Shown in pieces: positions 18,571 through 28,598 of a stretch of 51,608 bases of DNA. The stretch is taken from positions 1 to 51,608 of the forward strand of contig DXGY01000179.1 of NCBI GenBank assembly GCA_019113725.1. Reading direction: 5' to 3'. Under the pieces are notes generated by a model. That model did no database searches. It was given only the letters and a program-made list of their open reading frames with translations, and had not been told where the DNA came from. The translations under genes and the position numbers were made by a program. Numbering within the stretch: the first letter of the stretch is position 1; every line of letters starts with the position of its first letter. The DNA is from Candidatus Prevotella stercoripullorum (GTDB lineage: Bacteria > Bacteroidota > Bacteroidia > Bacteroidales > Bacteroidaceae).

Positions 18571-20013
18571 TTACCTTACAACATACTTCTTTCCTGCCAC
18601 GATGTACACGCCCTTTGCCAGTCCGTCGAGTGCGGTGGCAGCCTCGGCCGTGCGCACCTTCACGCCGCCGATGGTGTAGACGTCTACCTTTTGGCCGCCG
18701 TCGGCCTCAACGCCGGTGATGCCCGTGCTGGTGCCGAGGCTCAAAGCGGTGGCTCCGGGAACGTCCCAGTATGCTCCGAAGGCGGTCACCTGTGCGTCGC
18801 CGGCACCCTTACTGAACGTGCCGTCGCCGCCGATGCGCCACATGTCCTTGGCACTCTGCGGAGCGTAAACGCCCTTGAACTCGCCTGAAGCCGGTGCGGC
18901 CGGAGTGGCCTTGAACGCCTTTTTGCCAAACACGAGGCTCTGTGCCTCCTTTGCTCCCTTGGTTACCATCGGGGTGTTGGCAGCCACCGTCTCCGCATCG
19001 GCCAGCACAACGGTCTTCTCCCCACCGTCGCCGCTAACGCCGGTGCATGTCGAAAGGGCCTCGGCACCAAGCTCTGCGGCCGTAACGTCGAAGGGAAGCA
19101 CGAGGGCGTTATAGCCCGCCGAGAGCGGCTTCTCCACCGTTACGCTCTTCGCCGTGAAGCCGGTGGGGATGCTGAACGCGCCATCCTGCTTGATGACAAC
19201 GTTGTTGGCAACGCTGTTTATAACAACATTGTCGCCGTTGACAGCCTCGTCAGCATAGACGATAATGTTCGGATTTACGTCCAAGAAGGCGTTGTAAGCG
19301 TCTTTAAGCACAACGTCCTGCGTCATGTCGATTGACGTCACCGAAGACGAAAGCTTGGCCTTCAGGGCGGCGAAGTCGTCGTAATGGTTTGGTTCATTTC
19401 CCGAAGTGACATTCGTACAGTCACCATTCATCCAAGCGCCAGTCAACGTTATGTTACCAGTAAGCGAGCCGTCGGCAACCTCGGAGAGCAGCTTGCCGTC
19501 CACCTTTGTAGCAGGCTCGATGACAACATTGTCTATATATACCTCCTGCGAGCCTGTAATTTTGTCTTTCTGAGTATTGATTATAATAAGTCCGGGGTTA
19601 TCAAACTCTGCATTTTTAGAGTAATCAAACACAAGTTTCTTCCAAGTGTCGTTTCCATCATACCAGGCTATCACCTTTTCTTGTACCTTTTGCTCGCCAA
19701 CTGTATGTTCAAGCTCTACCTGTACATTTTCAGTTTGAGGTTTCTTTATCATCAATGACACGCGCTTGCTGCCTTTCATCGATGTGTCCAAACCCGTCAA
19801 CGGGATTTTTATAGTGGAATTTTCACTGCCTGTAACAGTAATTTTGAGGCACTTTTCAGAAGTGTTTATACCATTTTTATCGGGATTATCCACAACTGCT
19901 CGGTTTAAACCGTCCCATATTTCACCGTTAACATTATCTCCATCCCACAGCACTGTCTGTGCGAAGCCCGTGTAAGCAAAGAACGAAAGGGCAAGTAAAA
20001 ATATTTTTTTCAT
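18571..20013 (-). CDS. Secreted hypothetical protein: putative carbohydrate-binding N-terminal domain and Prevotella-type T9SS C-terminal sorting domain
   Basis: Signal peptide MKKIFLLALSFFAYTGFAQ; VVDNPDKNGIN...WKKLVFDYS...VYIDNV resembles a beta-sandwich CBM; C-terminus TGITGV...VYTIGGVKV...LAKGVYIVAGKKYVVR. Confidence 0.7.
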   Translation of the reverse strand: MKKIFLLALSFFAYTGFAQTVLWDGDNVNGEIWDGLNRAVVDNPDKNGINTSEKCLKITVTGSENSTIKIPLTGLDTSMKGSKRVSLMIKKPQTENVQVELEHTVGEQKVQEKVIAWYDGNDTWKKLVFDYSKNAEFDNPGLIIINTQKDKITGSQEVYIDNVVIEPATKVDGKLLSEVADGSLTGNITLTGAWMNGDCTNVTSGNEPNHYDDFAALKAKLSSSVTSIDMTQDVVLKDAYNAFLDVNPNIIVYADEAVNGDNVVINSVANNVVIKQDGAFSIPTGFTAKSVTVEKPLSAGYNALVLPFDVTAAELGAEALSTCTGVSGDGGEKTVVLADAETVAANTPMVTKGAKEAQSLVFGKKAFKATPAAPASGEFKGVYAPQSAKDMWRIGGDGTFSKGAGDAQVTAFGAYWDVPGATALSLGTSTGITGVEADGGQKVDVYTIGGVKVRTAEAATALDGLAKGVYIVAGKKYVVR

Positions 20014-20089
20014 AGGTCGTTTTGTTTTGTTTAAATGTAAAGTTTTATTCAAAATACATGTGTTTTCAGGGCGTTTTGCAGCCCGTGCG

Positions 20090-20200
20090 TAACTGCCTGA
20101 CGGTCAGGCGGTTTGCAATATGCCGCCTTTCAGCCTGCAAAAGGCGGCCTTTTAGAGGGTGAAAGACGGCCTTTCGCAGGCCGAAAGGCCGTCTCTTGAA
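20090..20200. repeat. Family A composite repeat (close sister of 18443-18555)
   Basis: Head TAACTGCCTGACGGTCAGGCGGTTT followed by 22-bp units. Confidence 0.85.
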
Positions 20201-20216
20201 AAACATTCTGCCGCTT

Positions 20217-21797
20217 TTAGTAATAGCGCACGTCAACATCGCTCACCTCGATGGTGCCGCCGTAGGAGTTGATTGACCAGCAGTTCTTCTGGTTTCCGTA
20301 TATGCGGTTGGTGTAAGCCACGTTGTCGTTGATGTAGACTACGCACACAGAGTTGTCCGTATAGACGGTTACGCGGTAGGTGTTGTCCGCCGGGGCGTTG
20401 AACAGGTAGCCGTCTATTCCGGCGATGAAGCCCTTGCCCTCGGGGCCTTCTTCCTCGAAGTTGATTTTGCGGCGGCCGCTGCCCTCGGGGTTGACTATGA
20501 TTGAATAGTATTTCTCGGAGTCGGTTCCGCGGCAGAGGGAGATGCCGAACTTGTCGTCCTGCGTGGCCGTCTTTACGGTGAAGGATATGCGGTTGTGCGT
20601 GTTCAGGCGCGTGAAGAGCGTGTAGGCGTCGCCCGTAAGGGTGTACGTTCCGTTACTTTCAGCAACGCCGTTGTCGCTCTTCGCCATCACTTCTGCCTCA
20701 CTTTGCTTGGTATATTTCGCGTCGATGCCGTCAACCGCGCCGAGGGTGAGCGTGCCGTCCTCATGCTGTATGAGCTTGTGGGCTACGAGGTTGCCCGCCC
20801 ATTCGGGCTCGTTGGGGTCAGCGCCGACCTCTGTATTGTCGTTGCCTTTACGCGTGGGGCACCATCCCCAGATGTAACGGTTGGTGCCGTCGGATGCCGT
20901 CTTGCCGGCGTAGAAGGCGCGCGAGTCGAGGAATCCCTCGTGGTCGTCAGGCCATATGCCTGCGTCGTTGGCCGTTGTGGCCTTGAGCTCGTCGAGCGTG
21001 CGGCCCTTGAGATACTGCACTTTGCGTATGGCCGCGTGCTTCTCGGAATAGACGAGATACCACCAGTCGCCCATCTTGAACACGTCGGGGCACTCGTAGA
21101 ACCTGTCCCACATCATCGTCATGAACACGCCCGCGTGCTCCCACGCCTTCAAATCTTCGGATGTGAACTCAGCAAGCACGCCCTTCGAGTTCTGTTTGGT
21201 TGACACGAGCATGTGCCACTTGCCGTCGTCGCCCTTGAATACGAACGGGTCGCGGAAGTCGTTGACGGCATATCCGTAGTCGTCTCCGCGCAGACGGAAG
21301 GCGCGGTCCTTAGTCCACGTCTCGAAATCGGCCGAAGTGGCGTACATAACCACCTCGCGGCTGCTGGTATGTCCGGTGTAGAAGGTGTAGTAAAGCTTGT
21401 CGGCCTCGTTGTAAACGGTGCTGCCCGTACCTATGGCCGCGTCGGGCTCGGCCGCCGTTCCGGTGGGGATTACCTCGCCGAGCGAAGTATAGTTGGCCGC
21501 GTCCTTCGTGCTTACGCCGTATATCGGGTGGTAAGTGTCGGCAGGATTGGGGCGGTAGTCTTGCAGGTAAAGCACCTTGAAGTCCCCTGCCACGGGGTCG
21601 TAGAAGGGCATAGGGTCGCCCACATAGCCTACGTAAGGCTTGTAATACGTATCAGCCTTGTTGTCGTCGGTAGGCGCGAAGTAGTTGGTCGTGCCGCTCC
21701 AGTCGCGCTGCGTGAGCACGGGGTCGTCATCGTCAGAGCAGCCACAGAATGCAGTCATCATGGCCGCCAGCGCCAAAGAATATATCATGGTCTTCAT
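20217..21797 (-). CDS. GH32 endo-levanase-like lipoprotein (BT1760-like)
   Basis: Lipoprotein signal (...FCGC), YVGDPMPFYD, FRDP, YECPD and WAGNLVAH. Start chosen at MKTMIY. Confidence 0.88.
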   Translation of the reverse strand: MKTMIYSLALAAMMTAFCGCSDDDDPVLTQRDWSGTTNYFAPTDDNKADTYYKPYVGYVGDPMPFYDPVAGDFKVLYLQDYRPNPADTYHPIYGVSTKDAANYTSLGEVIPTGTAAEPDAAIGTGSTVYNEADKLYYTFYTGHTSSREVVMYATSADFETWTKDRAFRLRGDDYGYAVNDFRDPFVFKGDDGKWHMLVSTKQNSKGVLAEFTSEDLKAWEHAGVFMTMMWDRFYECPDVFKMGDWWYLVYSEKHAAIRKVQYLKGRTLDELKATTANDAGIWPDDHEGFLDSRAFYAGKTASDGTNRYIWGWCPTRKGNDNTEVGADPNEPEWAGNLVAHKLIQHEDGTLTLGAVDGIDAKYTKQSEAEVMAKSDNGVAESNGTYTLTGDAYTLFTRLNTHNRISFTVKTATQDDKFGISLCRGTDSEKYYSIIVNPEGSGRRKINFEEEGPEGKGFIAGIDGYLFNAPADNTYRVTVYTDNSVCVVYINDNVAYTNRIYGNQKNCWSINSYGGTIEVSDVDVRYY

Positions 21798-21818
21798 AAT
21801 TTTTTCAATGTTAGTGAC

Positions 21819-21954
21819 AAGCCCCCCTCCAACTCCCCCGAGGGGGAGGGGAAAAATCGGCATGGGTTAATCTTCAATTGCTATTAGTTAATTTGAATTA
21901 CACCTGCCGCAAGCGGATTGGAGGCCTCCCCTCGGGGAGGTTTGGAGGGGGCTT
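21819..21954. repeat. Family H GC-rich inverted pair
   Basis: aagcccccctccaactcccccgagggggaggg and cctcccctcggggaggtttggagggggctt. Confidence 0.8.
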
Positions 21955-21971
21955 GGTGCTTGTCTGTTTGT

Positions 21972-23372
21972 TTACTTGTCTGCTGTAAGATAATTTATTG
22001 CGTTGAGAGTGAGCGTAGCCACGTTGCCGTGATACTGGTCGTTGGTGGTGTCAACGTCGTAAGAATACCAGTCGTATGCTCCCGAGCCGATGCAGAGGAT
22101 ACGGCCTCCGGCTGCGTTCTCCGGATACTCCCATACTACCACTGCGCCGTCGCCGCCGTAGCCGAGGTCGATGCCGCCGTGCAGTGTGCGCCAGTCTTCA
22201 AGCGTGGGATAGCCTCCCCAGTCGCTTCCGATGTGCCACTGGCAGGTGCTGTTGGTGATGCGGTAGCCGGCGTCGCAGGTGTAAATGCCCTGCTTGCCGT
22301 CGATGGTTGTCACGAGTCCGCTGTATATCGGGTGGTCGGCATGTCCGTCAACGAAGAAGCTCCACGGACCTTTTGTGATTTCACCGCTCTCTTCCACCTG
22401 TCCCCAACAGTTGTTCGGGTTGGCTCCGTCGAGGGTTGCGCCGAGCTTGGCGGCGTAATATGTGGCGAAGCGTGAGAGCAGGAGGCAGCCTCCGTTGTCA
22501 TAGAACTCTTTTACGGCAGGCACGGCCTGCAATGCTTCGGGTGCCGCGTTGTCAAACTTCTCCATGTTGTCTATGCCGCCGTCGATGTGCAGGTGCCACC
22601 ACATTACTTTACATTCGCTAAGGTCTACGTTGCCTGTGCGCACGTCCTCGAACGAAACGTACTGGGCGTTTGCCACGTTGAGCAGCATCCAATCGGCTGC
22701 GGCGCGCTCCTCAAGGCCGAGTCCGTCGATGGTGGCTGGCAGGCCGATGTAGACCGCGCTGGGCGCGTCAGACTTGACGACGGTCACTGTATATACCGCC
22801 GTAGCGGTGTTATAGGTTACAGTAAACTCGACCGGCTCGGTGAAATCGACCACCTGACCTGACGCTGGAGTTACCGTCGCTCCCTCTGAAGTGACTATTT
22901 CCGTGGTCATGGCGGTTACGTCAGTCGTGCTTGGAACACGCACGGAGATGGTGCGGTTCTGCTCGTTGATAACGCCGATGTAGCCGTTCGCCTTGAACGA
23001 TGTTATGCGTGCGGCGTCGTGTACAACACTTACCGTATAGTCAAAGTAAGCGTCTCCGTTGACAACCGTTATGCTCTGTGGCAGCGAGAAATCGGCCACG
23101 TCGCCAACATTCATCGACGTTACCGCGCCCTCTGACGCCGTGATGGCAGTCACTTCCATGGCGCGTGCGTCGTAAATCTCGGGCACTCCCACCTTGACCG
23201 TCTTGGCGGTGTTGTCGATTATGCCCTCATATCCGTCCAATGCAAAGGACGTAAGCCATGTGTCTCCGTCAAGGCGGAGGTCTGACGTGTTGTCGTCGTC
23301 ACAGCCAGCAACGGCCAACACCGTCACAACTGCAAACAACATGGCCGCAAATTGCTTTATATTCAGTTTCAT
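21972..23372 (-). CDS. Surface glycan-binding lipoprotein (DUF4960, BT1761-like)
   Basis: Lipobox VAGC, Ig-like repeats, MWWH...NNCWG and CQWHIG..WGGY; located directly after susD. Confidence 0.85.
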   Translation of the reverse strand: MKLNIKQFAAMLFAVVTVLAVAGCDDDNTSDLRLDGDTWLTSFALDGYEGIIDNTAKTVKVGVPEIYDARAMEVTAITASEGAVTSMNVGDVADFSLPQSITVVNGDAYFDYTVSVVHDAARITSFKANGYIGVINEQNRTISVRVPSTTDVTAMTTEIVTSEGATVTPASGQVVDFTEPVEFTVTYNTATAVYTVTVVKSDAPSAVYIGLPATIDGLGLEERAAADWMLLNVANAQYVSFEDVRTGNVDLSECKVMWWHLHIDGGIDNMEKFDNAAPEALQAVPAVKEFYDNGGCLLLSRFATYYAAKLGATLDGANPNNCWGQVEESGEITKGPWSFFVDGHADHPIYSGLVTTIDGKQGIYTCDAGYRITNSTCQWHIGSDWGGYPTLEDWRTLHGGIDLGYGGDGAVVVWEYPENAAGGRILCIGSGAYDWYSYDVDTTNDQYHGNVATLTLNAINYLTADK

Positions 23373-23401
23373 GTTATATGTCTTTTTATTTGGTTAAAAT
23401 G

Positions 23402-25135
23402 TCACCATCCACCGCAGTTCTGCGTGTAATGGCCGTTGCTTGCACTGATTTGGGCGAACGGTATGGGCAGGTACTCGTGCTTGTTCTTGGTGAACGACGC
23501 GCCCTGGTATATCGTGCAGTTGTCCGCCTCCTCGGCATAATACTTGTCAATGACTTCCTTTGCCTCGCCCCAACGTACCAGGTCGAAGAACCTGTCGCTC
23601 TCCATCGCCAGCTCGAGACGGCGCTCGAACTTGACTATTTTCAGCGCCTCGTCATGGCCGTAAGAGCCCGTATAAGGCTGGATGTTGAACGTGCAGCCGT
23701 ACTTGGCGGGGTAGTCGGCTATCATGCCGGTGCTCTGCTTGGCGCGGTTGCGCACCTCGTTGACAATGCTTATGGCCTCGTCAATGCGTCCGTCGTTAAG
23801 CTGTACGAGCGCCTCGGCACGCATAAGGAGCACGTCGGCGTAGCGAAGCACGATGTGGTTCATCGGGCTTCCCCACCACGCACCTTTTATAAGATACTCG
23901 CTGTCGGGGTCAACATTGTGCTTAAGCGTCACGTAATAGCCATACAAACCGTTGCCGCGGCTCCATGTAGAAGACTTGTCCATGATGTAGTTAGGGTTGA
24001 ACTCATACGGGAAGCCCGGCATTCCGACGGTCAGGAAGAGGCGCGGGTCGGCGGTTTCGGTGGCCGCGTCGTAGTCGTTATCATTGAAAGTGTCGAAATA
24101 CGGATGGCCGTCGGCATCGGTGCGGAACGCGTTTACGAGGTTCTGGCTCGGCTTGTAGAAGTCGCATCCGCCGTCGGTCACGCCGGGAATGTTGGGCACG
24201 ATGAGGCCGAAAGACCAGTTGCAGTTGCCGTTAGTGGTGCCGTCGTTCATCGAATACTGCATCGCCCAGAGCGACTCCGGCCCGTTCTCGTACTGCGGTT
24301 CGGGACGGAAGTTGTTGTGGAAGTCGGCCTCCAGGGCGTAGCCTCCGGCCTGGTAGATTGACTTATCCGTGTACTGCACTACTTTCTTCAAGTCATCCGC
24401 ATTAATGCTTGTCACCTCGTTGTTGTCAGGATTGTCCTGATGGTAAGCCTTGTAGAGGTAAGTCTTGGCCAGATAGGCTGCCGCCGACGCCTTAGTAGGA
24501 CGTCCCTTGTCAGCCTGTGTGTCAGGAAGGTTGTCGTAAGCGAACTGGAAGTCGTTGGCTATTTGCTGCCATCCCTCGTCGTTCGAGTACGTAGTGTTCG
24601 ACAGGTTGTTGTATTCCTCGGGCGAAAGGTTTTCGTCATTGGCGAAGACTATGTTCTTATAAAGCTGCTTGAGGAGGAAATGACCGTGTCCGCGGAGGAA
24701 TTTCATCTCGGCGATACGCTGCTGCTTGAGCGGGTAAGAGTTTTCGTCGAGCTGGTTGAGCTGCTGCAACGCCGCATTGACACGTGATATGCAGTTGTAC
24801 AGACGCTGCCACATGTCGCTGATGTTCCATGCCGTCGTCATGACGCCCTGCGATATTTCGAGGTTGTGGAAGACGTCGCCGTCACTCGTTCCGTTGCCTC
24901 CCTTGTAGGCATCGTCCGAGCGGACGTCATAGTTCCACATCGAGAAGGACGAGTTGATGTCCTCGGCTGAAATCCATCCGGCGTAAGCCGAGATGACAAG
25001 ATTGTCCACATATTCGGGGTTTTTCAGCTGTTCGTTGTCAATGGTACCCTGCGGCACCTGCTCCTCGAGGAAGTCCGAGCAGCCCGTGCAGAGAAGTGCA
25101 AGCCCCAAAGCGGTTGTATATAACAGTTTTTTCAT
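23402..25135 (-). CDS. susD: SusD/RagB family lipoprotein (BT1762-like)
   Basis: CTGC lipobox, RSDDAYKGG, LRYADVLLMRAEA, ERRLELAME..RFFDLVRWG, LPIP and QN..W. Confidence 0.95.
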   Translation of the reverse strand: MKKLLYTTALGLALLCTGCSDFLEEQVPQGTIDNEQLKNPEYVDNLVISAYAGWISAEDINSSFSMWNYDVRSDDAYKGGNGTSDGDVFHNLEISQGVMTTAWNISDMWQRLYNCISRVNAALQQLNQLDENSYPLKQQRIAEMKFLRGHGHFLLKQLYKNIVFANDENLSPEEYNNLSNTTYSNDEGWQQIANDFQFAYDNLPDTQADKGRPTKASAAAYLAKTYLYKAYHQDNPDNNEVTSINADDLKKVVQYTDKSIYQAGGYALEADFHNNFRPEPQYENGPESLWAMQYSMNDGTTNGNCNWSFGLIVPNIPGVTDGGCDFYKPSQNLVNAFRTDADGHPYFDTFNDNDYDAATETADPRLFLTVGMPGFPYEFNPNYIMDKSSTWSRGNGLYGYYVTLKHNVDPDSEYLIKGAWWGSPMNHIVLRYADVLLMRAEALVQLNDGRIDEAISIVNEVRNRAKQSTGMIADYPAKYGCTFNIQPYTGSYGHDEALKIVKFERRLELAMESDRFFDLVRWGEAKEVIDKYYAEEADNCTIYQGASFTKNKHEYLPIPFAQISASNGHYTQNCGGW

Positions 25136-25165
25136 TGTTTCCTTGTTTTATGGTTAGCGTGTATT

Positions 25166-28100
25166 TTAGAAGCTTACATTAATACCGAAGGTGATGTTCA
25201 GCGGTATAGGATAGCCGAAGTTGGGGTTTTCGGGGTCTACGCCGGTAAAGTCCTTGCTCTTGATGGTCCATAAGTTCTGCGCGCTGAGGTAGAAGCGCAG
25301 GCGCTCCATCTTGAGCTTTTGGGCGAACGCCTTGGGCACATTGTAGCCCAGCTGGATGTTGCGCAGCTTGAGGAAGGAGCCGTCCTCGACGAAGTATGAT
25401 GACACTCGCTTCTCGTTGTTGACGTCGATGAGCGACAGTGCGGGTATGCTTGAGTTGGAGTTCTGCGGTGTCCATGCGTCAAGCACGCGTGCTCCCTTGT
25501 TAAAGTTGCCTATGTTAAGGCCGCTCCAGAGGTCGGTTTCCTTCTTCAGGTCGCTGATTACGTCGACGCCCTGCACGCCCTGCCAGAACATGGTGAAGTC
25601 GAAGTTCTTGTACTCGAGGTAGATGTTCAGGCCGTAGCTGAAGTCGGGCACGGGGTCGTAAATCCACTTCTGGTCGGCCTCGTTGATAACTCCGTTGTGG
25701 TCAAGGTCGCGCCAGCGTATGCGGCCCGGCGCCGCTCCTTCCTGCGTTGCGTGGTTGTCAACCTCTTCCTGCGACTTGAATATGCCGTCGGCAACGTATC
25801 CGACCTGTGCTCCGTTGGGGTGTCCGATGACGCTCTTCACGCCGTTTCCGCCGAAGGTTCCGTTCGCCGCGACGGTGGCTGGCAGCGCGGTAATCTTGTT
25901 GCGGTAGGCGGAGATGTTGGCGGCGATGTCGTACTTCAGGCCGAACGAAGTCTGGTTGCGGTAGCCGAGGTTAAGCTCGAAGCCGTGGTTCTCCATCTCT
26001 CCGGCGTTAATCCACTGCGAACTGCCCTCGCCCATGGCTGCGATGCCGGCCATCTGCACGAGTATGTCGGTGGTTTTCTTCCAATAGTAGTCGAACGAGC
26101 CGTAAAGAGTCTGGCGGAACATGGAGAAGTCAAAACCTATGTTTGTCTGTGTGGTAGTCTCCCATTTGATGTCGTCGTTGCCGATTTGGTTGCGCTTGAA
26201 GCCCGACTGAAGTATGCTTCCGCCGTTGGTTCCGGCGATGTCGTAAGACGTTCCGTAGCTCTGTCCGCCCGACTCTGTCACTCCGTAGTTGGGCACATAG
26301 ATTGTGTAGCGGGCGATGTTGGATATTTCCTGGTTACCGGTCTGTCCCCAAGAGGCGCGCAGCTTGAGGTCGTCGAGCCACGTCAGGTTCTTCATGAACT
26401 TCTCGCGGCTGATGCGCCATCCGAGCGATACTGACGGGAAGGTGGCGTAGCGGTTGTTCTTGCCGAAGCGCGAGGAGCCGTCATGGCGCACGGTGAGCGA
26501 GAAGAGGTACTTGTCATCGTAAGTGTAGTTGAGCTTGCCGAAGAACGACACGAGCGAGTATCCTTCCCCGGAGCCGTATGCCTGGGCTGTGCCCACGCCG
26601 GCGTCTGGCCACATGAAGTCGGGATTGAGTATGGTAAACTCCTCCTTGTAGCCCGAGAACCACTCGTCGTCCTCGCGGTTCAGCTCGATGCCGGCCATCA
26701 CGTCGCCGCGGTGCTTGCCTATTTCGAGGTTGTATGTGGCCACGGCGTTCCACATCCATTTCGTCCAATGCTCTTGCTTGGCCTCAACGGCGTTGTTGTC
26801 GTTGGCCACGTTGCCCTCGGTTATGGGGTACGTGAAGATGCGCTGTTTCTTCTGCGCGTAGTCGAGGCCGAAGGTAGAGCGGATGTTGAATCCCTTGAAG
26901 AGGCTGAGGTTTATGTACGCGTCGCCGAACATGCGCCAGTACGTATAGCGGTTGTCGGCGTTGCGCTCGAGGCGCGCCACGGGGTTTTCCCTGTCGGGAT
27001 AGCCGCCCACCGGACCTGCGAACTCGCCGTTGATGTCATACACGGGGAGCGAGGGGTTGAACTGGAGGGCGTTCTCCAGGAAGCCGCCGGGAGCCTGCAC
27101 TTCCGACGTGCGGTTGAGAGTGAAGTGCTCGCCTACGGTCAGCACGTTGTCGATGAGCTTGTACTCGGAGTTCATGCGGGCCGAGAAGCGGTCGAAGTCG
27201 GAGTGCTTTATGATGCCGAGGTTCTTGTAATAGCCCAGCGAGAAGTATGAAGAGCCCCTATCCGAGCCGTTGCTTACGGCCACGTTGTAGTTCTGCACGA
27301 CGCCGGTGCGCGTGGTTTCGTCCACCCAGTCGGTGTCGGCCGAGGGCACGGTGTTGGCCGAGTCGAGGAAGCGTTGCATCGATACGCCGTTCAGCTTGGG
27401 GTATCCGTTGGCGTCGTAGCCCCAGTCGTAGCGGTAGCCCAGGGGGTTGGAGTTGGGGTCGCGGCCGTCGTTCACGTATGCCTGCCACATGGCCTGGCCG
27501 AACTCCTTGGCGTTGAGCACGTCAAGCTTGTTGGCGTACATCGACACGGACACCGATGCGTCGAAGTCTATTTTCAGCCGTCCGGCCTTGCCCTTCTTGG
27601 TGGTTATGATGATGACGCCGTTCGCCGCGCGCGAACCATATATTGAAGCGGAGGCCGCGTCCTTCAAAACCTGTATCGACTCGATGTCGTTTCCGTTAAG
27701 CTCGTGCATCCCGGCCTTGGTCGGCACGCCGTCGATGATGTACAGCGGGTCGTTGTTGTTGAGCGTGCCCACACCGCGTATGCGGATTGTCGTGGAGCCG
27801 CTTGGGTTACCGTCGGCGGTGATGTTCATGCCCGGCACGCGCCCCTGGAGAGCCTTCATGGGGTTGTTCTCGTTGAGGTCGGCGATGTCGTCCATGTTGA
27901 CCACCGACACGGCGCCGGTCAAGTCGGCCTTGCGCTGCGTGGTGTAACCGGTGACGACAAGCTCTTCCATCATCTTGTTGTCCTCAACCATTACGATGTC
28001 GAGCTGCGGCGCGGGCTTCACGGTTACGGTCTTGTAGCCGATGTAGCTCACCGTCAGCTGCTTGTCGCCCGATGTTTTCAGGCTGAACTTGCCGTCAAAG

Positions 28101-28270
28101 TCGGTGATGGTCGCGTTCTTCGTGCCCTCCTCGGCCACGGTCGCGCCGATTACGGGCTCGCCGGCCTCGTCTTTCACCGTGCCGCTGACGTCAACCTGCT
28201 GGGCGAACGCCAACGCACCTGAAGCGAGGAACACTGCGCTTAGCAGCATTCTTTTAATGTGTTTTACCAT
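25166..28270 (-). CDS. susC: SusC/RagA TonB-dependent transporter (BT1763-like)
   Basis: DLTGAVS, PLYIIDGVP, DIESIQVLKDAASASIYGSRAANGVIIITTK, KWETT and a terminal F. Confidence 0.97.
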   Translation of the reverse strand: MVKHIKRMLLSAVFLASGALAFAQQVDVSGTVKDEAGEPVIGATVAEEGTKNATITDFDGKFSLKTSGDKQLTVSYIGYKTVTVKPAPQLDIVMVEDNKMMEELVVTGYTTQRKADLTGAVSVVNMDDIADLNENNPMKALQGRVPGMNITADGNPSGSTTIRIRGVGTLNNNDPLYIIDGVPTKAGMHELNGNDIESIQVLKDAASASIYGSRAANGVIIITTKKGKAGRLKIDFDASVSVSMYANKLDVLNAKEFGQAMWQAYVNDGRDPNSNPLGYRYDWGYDANGYPKLNGVSMQRFLDSANTVPSADTDWVDETTRTGVVQNYNVAVSNGSDRGSSYFSLGYYKNLGIIKHSDFDRFSARMNSEYKLIDNVLTVGEHFTLNRTSEVQAPGGFLENALQFNPSLPVYDINGEFAGPVGGYPDRENPVARLERNADNRYTYWRMFGDAYINLSLFKGFNIRSTFGLDYAQKKQRIFTYPITEGNVANDNNAVEAKQEHWTKWMWNAVATYNLEIGKHRGDVMAGIELNREDDEWFSGYKEEFTILNPDFMWPDAGVGTAQAYGSGEGYSLVSFFGKLNYTYDDKYLFSLTVRHDGSSRFGKNNRYATFPSVSLGWRISREKFMKNLTWLDDLKLRASWGQTGNQEISNIARYTIYVPNYGVTESGGQSYGTSYDIAGTNGGSILQSGFKRNQIGNDDIKWETTTQTNIGFDFSMFRQTLYGSFDYYWKKTTDILVQMAGIAAMGEGSSQWINAGEMENHGFELNLGYRNQTSFGLKYDIAANISAYRNKITALPATVAANGTFGGNGVKSVIGHPNGAQVGYVADGIFKSQEEVDNHATQEGAAPGRIRWRDLDHNGVINEADQKWIYDPVPDFSYGLNIYLEYKNFDFTMFWQGVQGVDVISDLKKETDLWSGLNIGNFNKGARVLDAWTPQNSNSSIPALSLIDVNNEKRVSSYFVEDGSFLKLRNIQLGYNVPKAFAQKLKMERLRFYLSAQNLWTIKSKDFTGVDPENPNFGYPIPLNITFGINVSF

Positions 28271-28319
28271 AATGTTTTGTTTTTTTGGTTAGTAAACAAT
28301 ATTTTCGTTTCCTTCACCG

Positions 28320-28422
28320 CAAATTTATAGCCTTGCGGAATACGCGCGTTGCAATATCATTTCAACGCGTGTAAAAAATCGTTCATGCAACATTTTTGAT
28401 ACATTTTGAACGATTTTTCACA
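28320..28422 (-). promoter_or_regulatory. susC promoter (-7 TAAATTTG at 28320-28327) with upstream candidate HTCS operator
   Basis: Bacteroidetes TAnnTTTG match. AATATCATTTCA and AAAAATCGTTCA lie 21 bp apart, and there is a 15/16 inverted repeat at 28370-28385 / 28407-28422. Confidence 0.6.
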
Positions 28423-28452
28423 CCGTCCGGCGGCCTATTATGTACCCTTACA

Positions 28453-28575
28453 TATGCCGTTGACTGCCAGGCAGTTACCCGCAGGCTTGCAAAAGACCGT
28501 CTTTCGGCTTGCAAAAGACGGTCTTTTACACTGCAAAAGGCCGCCTTTTAGAGGCTAAAAGGCGGCCTTTCGCAA
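28453..28575. repeat. Family A composite repeat
   Basis: Head TATGCCGTTGACTGCCAGGCAGTTA followed by 22-bp units. Confidence 0.85.
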
Positions 28576-28598
28576 AGCCATAGGGGAATTGATGGTTT

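Noticed and set aside
28370-28422. Invertible (phase-variable) susC promoter
   Set aside because: The inverted repeats enclose only 21 bp and not the -7 element, and no invertase gene is nearby.
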